Shown here piece by piece: positions 16,310 through 28,073 of a stretch of 64,000 nucleotides of DNA. Each line of letters begins with the position of its first letter. Position 1 is the stretch's first letter. The notes beneath the pieces are model-generated. The model had not been told where the DNA came from, did no database searches, and saw only the letters and a program-made list of their open reading frames with translations. Where the stretch lies: assembly GCA_044892525.1 (NCBI GenBank), contig CM097885.1, forward strand, positions 11,658,001 through 11,722,000, read 5' to 3'. The position numbers and the translations under genes were made by a program. The stretch is from Schmidtea polychroa (taxonomy: Eukaryota).

Positions 16310-17219
16310 TTGCATAATAATTTATGAATTTGAACAATTATTATTAAGTAACAGATATAACATAGCCTAAATGTAAATAAGTTATTTACTTGCATTGGCA
16401 TTTCAATAAATTATAGTGTTATAAATTATAAAATCCTAGGAGATGGAGCCAAAGGGGTCGTTTGATAAGGCTTTTTGTATTCAGGAGACCTTAAAAATAT
16501 AGCTAGCAATACTATTGAAAGCTATGCATTAAAACGATTAAAAGGTTTATTCCATACTTTTACTTAGGGCAACAAAAAGGTTTCTGTAATAAAATCTATT
16601 ATAGCTATGAGAAACCGTTAGGTTTGACTATCTTCACTTACCTCTTATTTAGACTGTTTAAAGCTTGATAAGTGCATTTTGTTTTTATTTTTGGATATTT
16701 TGAATGAAATTGTTTATTTTATTTTAAATTATTATATTTTTGATCACAAAAACGTAAAGGATTTTTAAAAGATTTTTAGTACATGAGGCTATACATATAT
16801 TACTAGACCTGGGCCTCTAAATGGTTCTCACAAGCACTGTCTATTATTAAGTGGCATTATTTCATCTTTTTTCTCTAATGTACTCAAATAAATTTATTAA
16901 GTATTGAGATAAAGTACTTCAGTATTTATAGGGGGATGGGGGGTAGGAACTTTAATTCTAGATAATACTTGATGTCTTATGACTTTACCTTTTTATATAT
17001 TTTCAATTTTTTGTCTTTATCTTTCACTTAAAAAAATTCTTTAGACAAAATGCACTAATATTTCAACAACTAGAATTTTAATAATTGTAAATACAATTGT
17101 AAATAATTGTCAGTTATTTGATTCAAACTTAAAAAACAGTCTAACCATTTCTTGAAAAAGGGTTTAAATGTCCATTGGAATGAAATTTCGTTTAAAGGAA
17201 TTGATAACCTTATTATTCC

Positions 17220-17407
<188 letters not shown>

Positions 17408-20128
17408 ATTATTATATTATTATTTGTTTTAATAAAAAGTGATGATATCAAAATGTCACACTTCGAGTAGAAAACTTTTCCGATGATTAATACTTTTACT
17501 AGTGTCACTATATTTTTAAAGTCATTTTATTATTTTATTAAAATAAATTAATTAATTGAAAGAATATTAAAATTTTTAAATAAATTTCTTGATTTTCAAT
17601 TTAAGTATATTACTAACATCTTTTTATAATTTGAGAGACTCAGCAGTTAATGGATTTTAAATAAAGTTTCGTTTTTTGTTTTAATACGCTATTTAAATTT
17701 TTTTGTAGAACTTTACTAGATGCTTACGAAAATTCATTGGATTAAAATATAAAATAATTGAATTATTTGTATTTATTTTAATTACTTGAAATTTTTTTTT
17801 CAAAACATCTTGACAATTAATTAGAATTAAATAGAAAGATTTTTAATCGCAAATTTTATTGTTTTCCTATGAGCAGTTTGTTTTTTAATTGAATGAGTTG
17901 CAACTGCTGTACCGAGAATATTTGTAACTTATATACCGTATTAACCCGAATATAACGCGAGCCCGAATTTAGAAAAAATTACTCATAAAAAAATTAAAAT
18001 TAAGGGAAATTCAATCAGATAAGCGTTTGGTTAGGTAATTAAAAGTAATACATAGGTTATATTCATGACAATAAATTAAATTAATTTAAACCAAAATTTA
18101 ATAAAAATAAAATGTTAAAAAATGTCGTTGTATATTCTAGCTAATATGGTATTATAAAAATAATAATATCTTAGTCTAAGTTTATATAAATGACTGTTTT
18201 GTTTTAATACTTTGTATGTATAAGAAATAATTTTAATAACCGAAATCCACAATAGAATAGTTAAATACATTTTTGGCAACATCTCTATTCATTTATGATA
18301 TCACTTCTTTGCTTTGGAATTATAAAATCCTTGAACTTACATTTCGAAGTATTTATATCTTTAGATTAATTTCTACCGAGTGATCTTTTGTATATTGTTA
18401 TTATCTGTTTTATAATATTATCTTTTGAATTATTATGAAATTTCGAAGTCTATCAACGCACTTGGGTGTCCATAACTGTTACGTTATTCCAGAAGCACTC
18501 GTGTTATATGTTAACTCTTTAAAAAATTCATTCACATCTGGACAACTCTTTTTGTTGGAAGGTTGGAACTTTATTTTGCTAAAGAATTCTCACCATTATA
18601 AAGACAGTAAGACCTTAAATGTGAATTCACATTCTTTTCTTTATCTCAATCATTTTCTAAATGTTGAATAAATTTTTGAAAGATTTAAATTTACTTTCAA
18701 AATATTCGAAATTTATAATTATTTTTAATAATTAAATTAGAATAGTAAATCAATTTAATTTATTTCTCTCAAATAATTCATAAAGATTTATTTCCTTTCT
18801 TTTCATTTTCATAACACATGATTAACAAATACCACAAAATATATACTCAAAGTTTTCTTTATTTATTGTAATTTTTTAAAGTTAACATGCAAAAATAACA
18901 AATGTTTTTTTATTTAACTATTTCCCGATTGAATCTGCCAGAAGCAGACAATTTGTATATCACACTCATGTGACATTTTTATGGATCTATACAAATTGTC
19001 AATGTATCAATGCGCAAATAACTTAAATGTGCTTGTAAATCATTTTAACTTGTATATGTTCAATTATATCTGGATAAGTTATTCCCGTGAATCTGACTGT
19101 ATGTCACTAACAAGTGTATATGCTTCCATTAGGCAGTGTACAAATTCTTTCTGCTTATATTATTTAAATTTGAAAATGATATATATATATAATTTAAAAT
19201 TTTAATTGAAACCTGAACCATCAGTTACTCATGTATTTTCTAATTAAAGAATTTTTAAAATTATAATTTAAATAAAAAATCATTTTTCAATTTATATTAA
19301 AAACTTTTATATATATTTATTTTAAATTAAAAAGTTATCTGTTTTGTAAAAATTATAATTTTAAAAATTTGTTCATAATTTTTTTTGTGTTTTCTATCAT
19401 ATCTGATGATAACAAGAAAACAGTCGCAATATATCGTAAAGCGAATGTTTGAATGACCTTTTCTTATAATGAAATCATTATTTATAATGTAAGTATTATT
19501 AATGAGAAATTCGTTGTGTTTTATTATATGATTCAACGGCAGAATTTAAATTTAAATAAATTTATATCAATCTTGTTCTTATTTTTAACATAAATCAAAT
19601 AGATAATAATGGAATGTGATAATTAGATTGCAACGAAGATGTCAAATGTACGGTTTTTACAAATTGTAAGTATAATAAATAAATGGTTTATTTGAAGATA
19701 TAAAAATAATGCAAGACTGGTTTTATTTTTATTAGGTTAATTTTTCGGCAAAGGAATTGTAATTATTGTTAGTAATTATCAAAGGGGCGCCATCAGAATG
19801 GAAGGATAATCCTTGAATATAATAAATCAGTCATTTATTCTTTAACACTAGAACTACCAGGCCAGTCAAAATGACTGGTTTTACTTTTTTCATTAATTCA
19901 TCATTAATTTTTAATTATTTAATGAATTATGTTATGACTTTTCTAGTGATACCTGTCATACATTTTGAAGGTGCCTTATAATTCTCAGCATATGGGGCTC
20001 CAAATGCTATAAAATGCCACTGATTTTTGCAATTTCTAAATTTACAACCGGAAAAATCCTATTAGTTATGATAAATTCTAAATTGATGATTTTTTTTATA
20101 CAAATATTTTCCTAAATAAAATGAGAAA

Positions 20129-21317
20129 AGTAGTAAGATGTGTCACCTCCAGGACATGTCACCTCCAGGACACATATATATAAGTAGGTCAAGTTAAAAT
20201 TAAGTAGATCAAGTTAAAATTATGTAGGTCACGACTATATAGGTATTAAAATATGTAGGTCAAGTTACTTTAAATATATGTTACCTCCAGGACACTATAT
20301 AAATAAATAAGTCAAATTAAGTAGGTCACGACTATATAGTTTATAAAAAATATGTAGGTCAAGTTATTTTTAACATGTATCCCTATAATATATACATCAT
20401 TCAAAAGATATTTGAGAGTAGAGTACAATGATCATACCTTCAAAGGTGTATGGTGAATCCCTAACCTTCAAAAGGTGCAAAACCCTCGAATTTTTTCAAA
20501 CTCTATAATACATGTCATTCAAAAGGTAATTGAGATGTGAGTATGATGGTCATACAATCAAAGGTGTATGGTGAGTCCTTCACCTTCAAAGGGTCAAAAA
20601 ATTTCGAATTTTTTCAAACTTTATAATATATATACATCATTCAAAAGGTATTTGAGAGTAGAGTGTGATGGTCAAACCTTCAAAGATGTATGGTGAGTCC
20701 TTACCCTCAAGTGTCAAAAACTTTGATTTTTATTCAAACTGTAAATTGATCATTTCAACAAATTTTCAATCCCCAAAATAAATTTCCCAACTCAAAAATT
20801 TCCCAAATTTTAAAAATTCCCAAAAACAATTTTCCCAACTCAAATTTTTTCAAAAATTAAAAAGTCCCAAAAATGAAATTCCCCAAATTTCCCAACTCAA
20901 AATTTTTCAAATTTTAAAAAGTTTTCAAAACTATTTTCCCAAATTTTCCAACTAAATAGTAAAAGAATGTTTTACAAATTTTTTTTTTTCCTCGAATACA
21001 TCAAACCAAAAATTTAACAAGGTTCGTCACACAAATCTAATTTTGAAATCAAACAAATGAATTTAATAAAAATTAAAATCATCGACATACACAACCGCCG
21101 TTCGCCCGCCCGCCGCCCGTCCGCCGCCCGCCGCCGCCCGCCCCGAAGGGGCTGGCGCGGTAGTTTGTAAATTTGGTTTAGTTTGAATATTATTATTTGA
21201 TACATAGTTTTATTATTTACAATATTCAAAGTATTAATAACAAAGGTAAAGAAATAAATGTTTATAGTATGATACTCATTAATATACATTGAACATGCTT
21301 TACATTTGCGAACATTT
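20129..21317 (+). repeat. Left terminal inverted repeat of the Polinton
   Basis: Near-identical reverse complement of 27791-28972; contains 16-bp, ~120-bp and AAATTTCCCAA-type subrepeats and a GC-rich (CCGCCGC)n tract. Confidence 0.95.
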
Positions 21318-21671
21318 TAAATTTGAATTTTAAGGATTACTTTCGATAGATTATATTGAATAATGGTTCATTAAAAAGGTCTCATTTTTTTTTTTTTTTT
21401 TTTTTTTTGGATTTTTGTGAAAAGTTGTAGGTTAGGCTGAAAATTAATTAGTAAAAAATTGACACTTTTTGTGTTGTTGAAATAATTGAAATAAATATTT
21501 TAAAAAATGTAAAAACTGAAACGTTAAATATCATTGCAAGTTTGCTTGTCTTTTTATTATATGTATCGTGTTGAAATATCTAATTTTCTTATAATCTATC
21601 TATCGATCATCTTGTTGCTTTTGAATAATAGTATAAACATAATTATTTTTTCATTTTAATTATTTTCAACC

Positions 21672-22063
21672 ATGTCGGAAAAAGGTAAAATATGAATTTT
21701 ATGTTTATTAATTCTTTTTTTTTTTTTTATTTAGCATATATAATCAATTTTTTGATTGAAAAATTAGAGGAAATATCTAATGTAAAAATTAGAGAATTTA
21801 TGAATGTTCCAGAGAAATTAAAATGGCCGTATTCAGACGATGAAATTAATGAAGATGATATGTCATATGAATCTGAAAATATTTCCCAGCAAGAAGATGA
21901 ATATACTGATTTGCCTAGTGAAGAACTTAAGTCATGTATTGAGAATTCTACAACAGATAAATTACCAAATGAATCTAAACAAGAAGATGAATCTATTGTT
22001 TTTACTAATTGTATTGATCATATTGTTGAAAATATAATGAAAAGAGATTGTATTGAAGATTAA
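21672..22063 (+). CDS. Polinton small acidic protein, predicted 2 exons (21672-21684, 21735-22063)
   Basis: ATG TCG GAA AAA G|gtaaaa...tttag|CA TAT gives MSEKAYIINFLIEKLEEI..., in frame with ORF 21692-22063; 50-bp GT-AG intron. Confidence 0.65.
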
Positions 22064-22135
22064 TAAATTTAAAACTTTAGTTATTTTCAATGATTTAAAA
22101 ACACCAAAACACTAATAAAGATGTATTAAATAAAT

Positions 22136-22730
22136 TTAACATGAACAATGTTCCTCTTCAAACTTATCTTCGGCTTTTATAATTTTCCAAATTGGTTTGA
22201 TTCGGTCTCTGCTTACATTATACCCTTGAATTAATATGGTAACCATGCAGGTTATTTTGTTCATCTTACCACCATTGGGAATCATATCCAAATCGTTTCT
22301 AATGAACATATCTTCATCATCAAATTCAATATTTTCATTGATCCTCTGAAATAATTGTCCCAATAGCATCTTGTCGTGAAACTTGATTTTGGAAAGTCTC
22401 ACATTGTAGAAACATTTTTCCAGAGTTACTGGTTCCTAACAATAAATAATAATAATAATAAAATCCAAAATAATTTATAGAAACTTACCTTAAATGTATA
22501 GGAAATTGGACAATACAAATAATTTAGTTTGTATTGCATGAATTCGACTGGCTTTTTTGTATCCACTCGAACATTGACCAAGGTTTCCGTGGATAATGTC
22601 GCTTCTTTAAATTTCCTTTTTCCGAATTCCTGAGCGGCATCTGCATTTTTTCTCTTCAAAACTCCTAGATTAAAAAACTACTAAATGGAATATGTGTAAA
22701 CGACAACAAACCTGTAATTTGATTATCCAT
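22136..22730 (-). CDS. Polinton hypothetical protein (164 aa), predicted 3 exons (22730-22712, 22664-22489, 22435-22136); possible OB-fold ssDNA-binding protein
   Basis: GT-AG introns of 47 and 53 bp join ORFs 22426-22659 and 22136-22402 into one frame: MDNQITGVLKRK...YTFK|EPVTLEKCFYNVRLS...EEEHCSC. Confidence 0.7.
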
Positions 22731-22932
22731 TTGTAGTTATAATATTTAATAATTTGAACCAGATATTTTATACTAATTTCATTGTAAACAAGTTTCAAGT
22801 GACAGGCATGATCAAAACGTGATCAACTAGTTCATTTTATGCTAAATAACAAAGTCTGAAATGATTTATTGTACACAAAGAAATATTATAGGTTAATTAA
22901 GGTTATCACAAAACAAATATAATTATATTTTA

Positions 22933-23283
22933 TTACAACAATACATTTTTTCGCAATTCCACAAGTAATGCATGAATTATTTCTCGTTTCTCGTTTCTAT
23001 CATCCCCACAAGTATTCTGCATATTATTTTTACAAAAATCACAATTTTCAACATCATCGGTATAACATGTAATCGTAGCATGATCCATATGAATTAAATC
23101 TATTACATTTATTCCAGTTATTTCATAAATTTTCTAAAACACAACTTCTGGAGCACAATACATTAAGGAATTGTTCAAATTCGGATAAAAATCTTCAATT
23201 TTATCAATCAAAATTTTTAGTATAGTTTCTAAACAAAAATCAGTAAATTTAAAATAAAAACAGTTACCTTCATGTTCAATCAT
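22933..23283 (-). pseudogene. Polinton small Cys-containing protein with a predicted 39-bp intron (23229-23267) and one in-frame TAG (23134-23136)
   Basis: ATG overlaps the end of the TBP ORF; spliced reading MIEHEETILKILIDKIEDFYP...VVF*KIYEITG...CDFC...ELRKNVLL. Confidence 0.5.
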
Positions 23284-23788
23284 TGTTGAATAAATATTCA
23301 AGCAAATCCTCGTTACTTATATTTGAAGAAATTGTTAAAGATCCAATCAAATCCTTTACATCGTTTATAATTCCTTCAACAATAGTATGAAAATCTAAAT
23401 TTTTAATACCTAGTACAACTATTTTACCACTCGAAAATATATTTACACATAGTGGATTATATTTTGTATAACGCAGAGCGGGAAATAATTCAGGCTCATA
23501 TATACAATCTCCATCTAATAACTTTGCTAAATTATTCAAATTAATAGATTTTTCAACCTTGGTAGCTATAGTAAGACTTTGAACTTGAATATCTTTGATA
23601 TTATATTGCAAATTCTCGAATTCGATAGGCTTCTTACAACCCATTATACGACATTTACCATTTTTGAAAAATATAATAGTATATTTTCCAGTTTTGTCAA
23701 CATATTGTTGTGGTTTACACTTGGGGAAATTCATCATACCAACAGTTTCCAAAGACACACGACCTCTATAATTAATATTTGTCAACAT
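23276..23788 (-). CDS. TATA-binding protein (TBP)-like protein encoded inside the Polinton
   Basis: Intact 170-aa ORF with two TBP repeats: TIIFFKNGKCRIMG and INLNNLA...YEPELFPAL...VNIFSSGKIVVLG. Confidence 0.9.
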   Translation of the reverse strand: MLTNINYRGRVSLETVGMMNFPKCKPQQYVDKTGKYTIIFFKNGKCRIMGCKKPIEFENLQYNIKDIQVQSLTIATKVEKSINLNNLAKLLDGDCIYEPELFPALRYTKYNPLCVNIFSSGKIVVLGIKNLDFHTIVEGIINDVKDLIGSLTISSNISNEDLLEYLFNND

Positions 23789-23910
23789 TTCTACTGAATA
23801 TTTAAAAAAAAAAAATCAAGTATATATATATATATGTTATATTATAGAGTAATTAAATCAATTTATTTTTTACGATATAAACAAAATTAATTTTTAAATA
23901 AATATTAAAA

Positions 23911-24537
23911 ATGGAACTAAGAAATGATGCTGTATATCAAATAGTCGGACCAAGTGGTAGCGGCAAAACTTTGTTTGTTTGCAAATTACTAAAATCACAT
24001 TTATTTGAATCAAAATTTAACAAAATGTATTGGCATCGAGGTGCTGATCAAGAACACGGATTGACTCAATCAAGTTTCTGTAAATTGAAAAATATAAAAA
24101 TAGTAGAGGGATTTGATAAAAATTGGTCCAGTAGACTAAAGAAGGGGGATGTCATAATTATTGATGACTTGTATCAAGAAGCTAATAAAGAAAAGAATTT
24201 CAATAATTTATTTACCAAAATCAGTAGACACGTTGGTGTAACTGTTATTTTTATAACTCAAAATCTATTTCATCAAGGTGGTGCACATCGAACACGTAAT
24301 TTAAATGTACAATATTTAGTTATTTTCAAGAATCCTAGAGATGCAACAGTGATTGATTTTCTTGCACGTCAAGCATACCCTAACAATCGTAATTTTCTTA
24401 TCAGTGCATTTCAAGATGCTACAAAAATACCTCATGGATATATATTTCTTGATTTCACACAACAATGTCCCGATGATTTACGAGTAAAAACAGATATTTT
24501 CAACCCAAAAGGTGCCATGGTTTATAAACAAAGTTGA
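23911..24537 (+). CDS. Polinton DNA-packaging ATPase (A32/FtsK-HerA superfamily)
   Basis: Walker A GPSGSGKT, Walker B IIIDDL, and the SRH...VIFITQNLF, FKNPRD and PHGYIFLD motifs. Confidence 0.93.
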   Translation: MELRNDAVYQIVGPSGSGKTLFVCKLLKSHLFESKFNKMYWHRGADQEHGLTQSSFCKLKNIKIVEGFDKNWSSRLKKGDVIIIDDLYQEANKEKNFNNLFTKISRHVGVTVIFITQNLFHQGGAHRTRNLNVQYLVIFKNPRDATVIDFLARQAYPNNRNFLISAFQDATKIPHGYIFLDFTQQCPDDLRVKTDIFNPKGAMVYKQS

Positions 24538-24555
24538 AAACCTCTATGAATAATA

Positions 24556-25089
24556 ATGTTTCTAAAAGCAAGGGTGAAAAATATTAGGAAATTAAGAAAA
24601 AGTATTAAAAAGAGTATTAAAGTTCCAAAAGTTCCACCAACAACTAGTTATACACCATCTAAAAAACTTGTAACTGGAAATTTCTCTGCAATGAATCTTA
24701 TTTCGAAAAATCCTAAACCTAAACGTGAAACCCGTAAAACCCGTAAAGCCGGTAAAAAAGTAATTAAAAATCATCGCAGTTTTCCATTTTTTAATGCATT
24801 GTTAAAGGCCCCGAGTATGAAAAGAATGAATATATTGCAATCATTCCCAAATTTTGTTGTCGATGATTTACTCAATATTATACTTAAAGTAGTCAAAGGC
24901 AAAATTAAAATCAGTAAATCAAAAAAGCATTTATTGAGCAAACATAGGAAACCTTTGTTATCATTAGTAAATAATAAAAATCGTAAGCAAATGAGGAAAA
25001 TTATATATAAACAACAAGGTGGATTTATTGGTGCATTGATACCTCTGGCATTATCATTATTAGGTGGAGTTGTAGGAAATCAATCATAA
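24556..25089 (+). CDS. Polinton basic core/virion protein with C-terminal GG|F amphipathic peptide
   Basis: Lys/Arg-rich 177 aa ending QQGGFIGALIPLALSLLGG; located between the ATPase and integrase. Confidence 0.7.
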   Translation: MFLKARVKNIRKLRKSIKKSIKVPKVPPTTSYTPSKKLVTGNFSAMNLISKNPKPKRETRKTRKAGKKVIKNHRSFPFFNALLKAPSMKRMNILQSFPNFVVDDLLNIILKVVKGKIKISKSKKHLLSKHRKPLLSLVNNKNRKQMRKIIYKQQGGFIGALIPLALSLLGGVVGNQS

Positions 25090-25150
25090 ACAATGGGTGC
25101 TAATCCTTCATTACCTAATTTAAATTTTAATTTTAAATCTTCTTGCTGTA

Positions 25151-26296
<1,146 letters not shown>

Positions 26297-26300
<4 letters not shown>

Positions 26301-26536
26301 ATTTTTATACTATTTTACCGAGCAATAGTTGCCCATTAATTCATCCAGACAATCAAGCCAGTAAATTTATGGTCAATCTCCAGAATCCGATTTCTTTAAA
26401 TGGTGACTGGGAAGTTGCACTGCAAGATTTTACATTCGTGTACAACACATTCCCATTTTATAGTCAATGTAAGATTGATTTCAAAAGGAATATTGTGAAA
26501 ACATGTAGCGGTATCTTTGTAAGTAAAAATAAGTAA
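26297..26536 (+). pseudogene. N-terminal fragment of the Polinton minor capsid (penton) protein
   Basis: NFYTILPSNS...PDNQASKFMVNLQNPISLNGDWEVALQDF is the typical Polinton minor-capsid N-terminus; truncated at the deletion junction. Confidence 0.8.
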
Positions 26537-26541
26537 GTAAG

Positions 26542-26916
26542 GGTGTAGGATATAGTGAGTGGGTTTTCTTGCGACCAAAGTGCTACAGTCTTTTAGGAAA
26601 TAAATCTACTATGAGAGCTAAGGGCGTAAAATTACCAGGTACAGATATAAAACATCAATCTTATTTAGACTGTTACAACAACAACACAGTTATTTCTGTA
26701 CCTCAGACTAGAATAGGAACCCGAAATCATCAGCTTTTTACCTTTAAAAACTCAAAGATTGCTTTAACTAATCATGATGATAAAAGAGCTTGGGTAGAGA
26801 AAAACTCTAGTTTTGCATATGGTCATTATTTAGGGGTTGATGTCATTGATAATGACGATAATGATATTCAATCAGGAGCAGATCCCGATCTCATCAATCA
26901 ACATCTACAAGATTAA
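26542..26916 (+). pseudogene. C-terminal fragment of protein-primed family B DNA polymerase (pPolB)
   Basis: EWVFLRPKCYS, AKGVK, Y.DC, KIAL..HDDKR and AYGHY motifs. Confidence 0.9.
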
Positions 26917-27009
26917 TTTAATTCTGTGATCGGACTTGTTTGAATTTTTGTAAAATAGAAATTATTGTAAAGTCTCTTTTTCGTTTTATAATTATCGGTT
27001 TTATTTCTT

Positions 27010-27044
<35 letters not shown>

Positions 27045-27296
27045 ATTTGATGTGTAAAAGTATTTTATTAGAATGTAGTTTGTTAATAAAAATAATAATA
27101 AAAATAATAATACTTACTATATTGTGCACAAACATTATATCTTCAAATATATAACCATTGGATAGAGCTCTTCAAGACCTTTTTAATGAACCATTATTCA
27201 ATAAAATCTATCGAAGATAATCCTTAAAATTACCATTATTGATTTTAAATTATTTTCTTGTTTAATAAATGAGTTGTTTTAATGTATCTTTTATAA

Positions 27297-28073
27297 ATGT
27301 GTGCAGAATATAAGTATTTTCATAAATTTATTAAGAAATTACTGATGACCACGAGATCATTCAAGTTTTTAAACTACACCGTTGAAGATTTTATGAACAA
27401 TTATGATACTCTCACTGAAAAGGAAACCATAAAAATTTTAGAAATTTTCAAACATTCCTCCATTGGATATTTGATTGATTTATTTAATTACAATAAATGC
27501 ATTTTGAAGTTATCGATTTATTTGATGCATTTAGACAAAGCAATAGTAGATAATGATTCATTGAATGAATGCTTTTGGAATTGTATGGATTTAAGGCTGG
27601 AACCAGGATATAGTAGTAGATTGATTTATGAATGGATATCGAAATCCGAATTGATTGAAAATAAGCTAAGGAAAAAACTCAATGATGGTAGGAAAATGTA
27701 TTTAACTTGTTACATTTGTAAAGAAAATCAAGTATCGGTTTTGTTTTTACCTTGCGGACATGTAATTGTATGTTCTAAATGCCATGATTCAAATGTTCGC
27801 AAATGTAAAGCATGTTCAATGTATATTAATGAGTATCATACTATAAACATTTATTTCTTTACCTTTGTTATTAATACTCAAAATAATATTCAAACTAAAC
27901 CAAATTTACAAACTACCGCGCCAGCCCCTTCGGGGCGGGCGGCGGACGGCGGGCGGCGGGCGGCGGACGGGCGGCGGGCGGGCGAACGGCGGTTGTGTAT
28001 GTCGATGATTTTAATTTTTATTAAATTCATTTGTTTGATTTCAAAATTAGATTTGTGTGACGAACCTTGTTAA
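27297..28073 (+). CDS. Polinton C3HC4 RING-finger protein (IAP/MDM2-like RING); 3' part runs into the right TIR
   Basis: CYICKENQVSVLFLPCGHVIVCSKCHDSNVRKCKAC. The tail after the RING is low-complexity TIR sequence and may not be genuinely coding. Confidence 0.8.
   Translation: MCAEYKYFHKFIKKLLMTTRSFKFLNYTVEDFMNNYDTLTEKETIKILEIFKHSSIGYLIDLFNYNKCILKLSIYLMHLDKAIVDNDSLNECFWNCMDLRLEPGYSSRLIYEWISKSELIENKLRKKLNDGRKMYLTCYICKENQVSVLFLPCGHVIVCSKCHDSNVRKCKACSMYINEYHTINIYFFTFVINTQNNIQTKPNLQTTAPAPSGRAADGGRRAADGRRAGERRLCMSMILIFIKFICLISKLDLCDEPC

Noticed and set aside
20384..20740. Regularly spaced ~120-bp repeats that superficially resemble a CRISPR array
   Set aside because: Whole units are homologous with no unique spacers, there are no cas genes, and the context is a eukaryotic Polinton TIR.
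21014..21289. 91-aa minus-strand ORF similar to the tail of the RING ORF
   Set aside because: It is the TIR mirror image of the RING ORF 3' end, lacks the RING, and runs through a GC-rich simple repeat.
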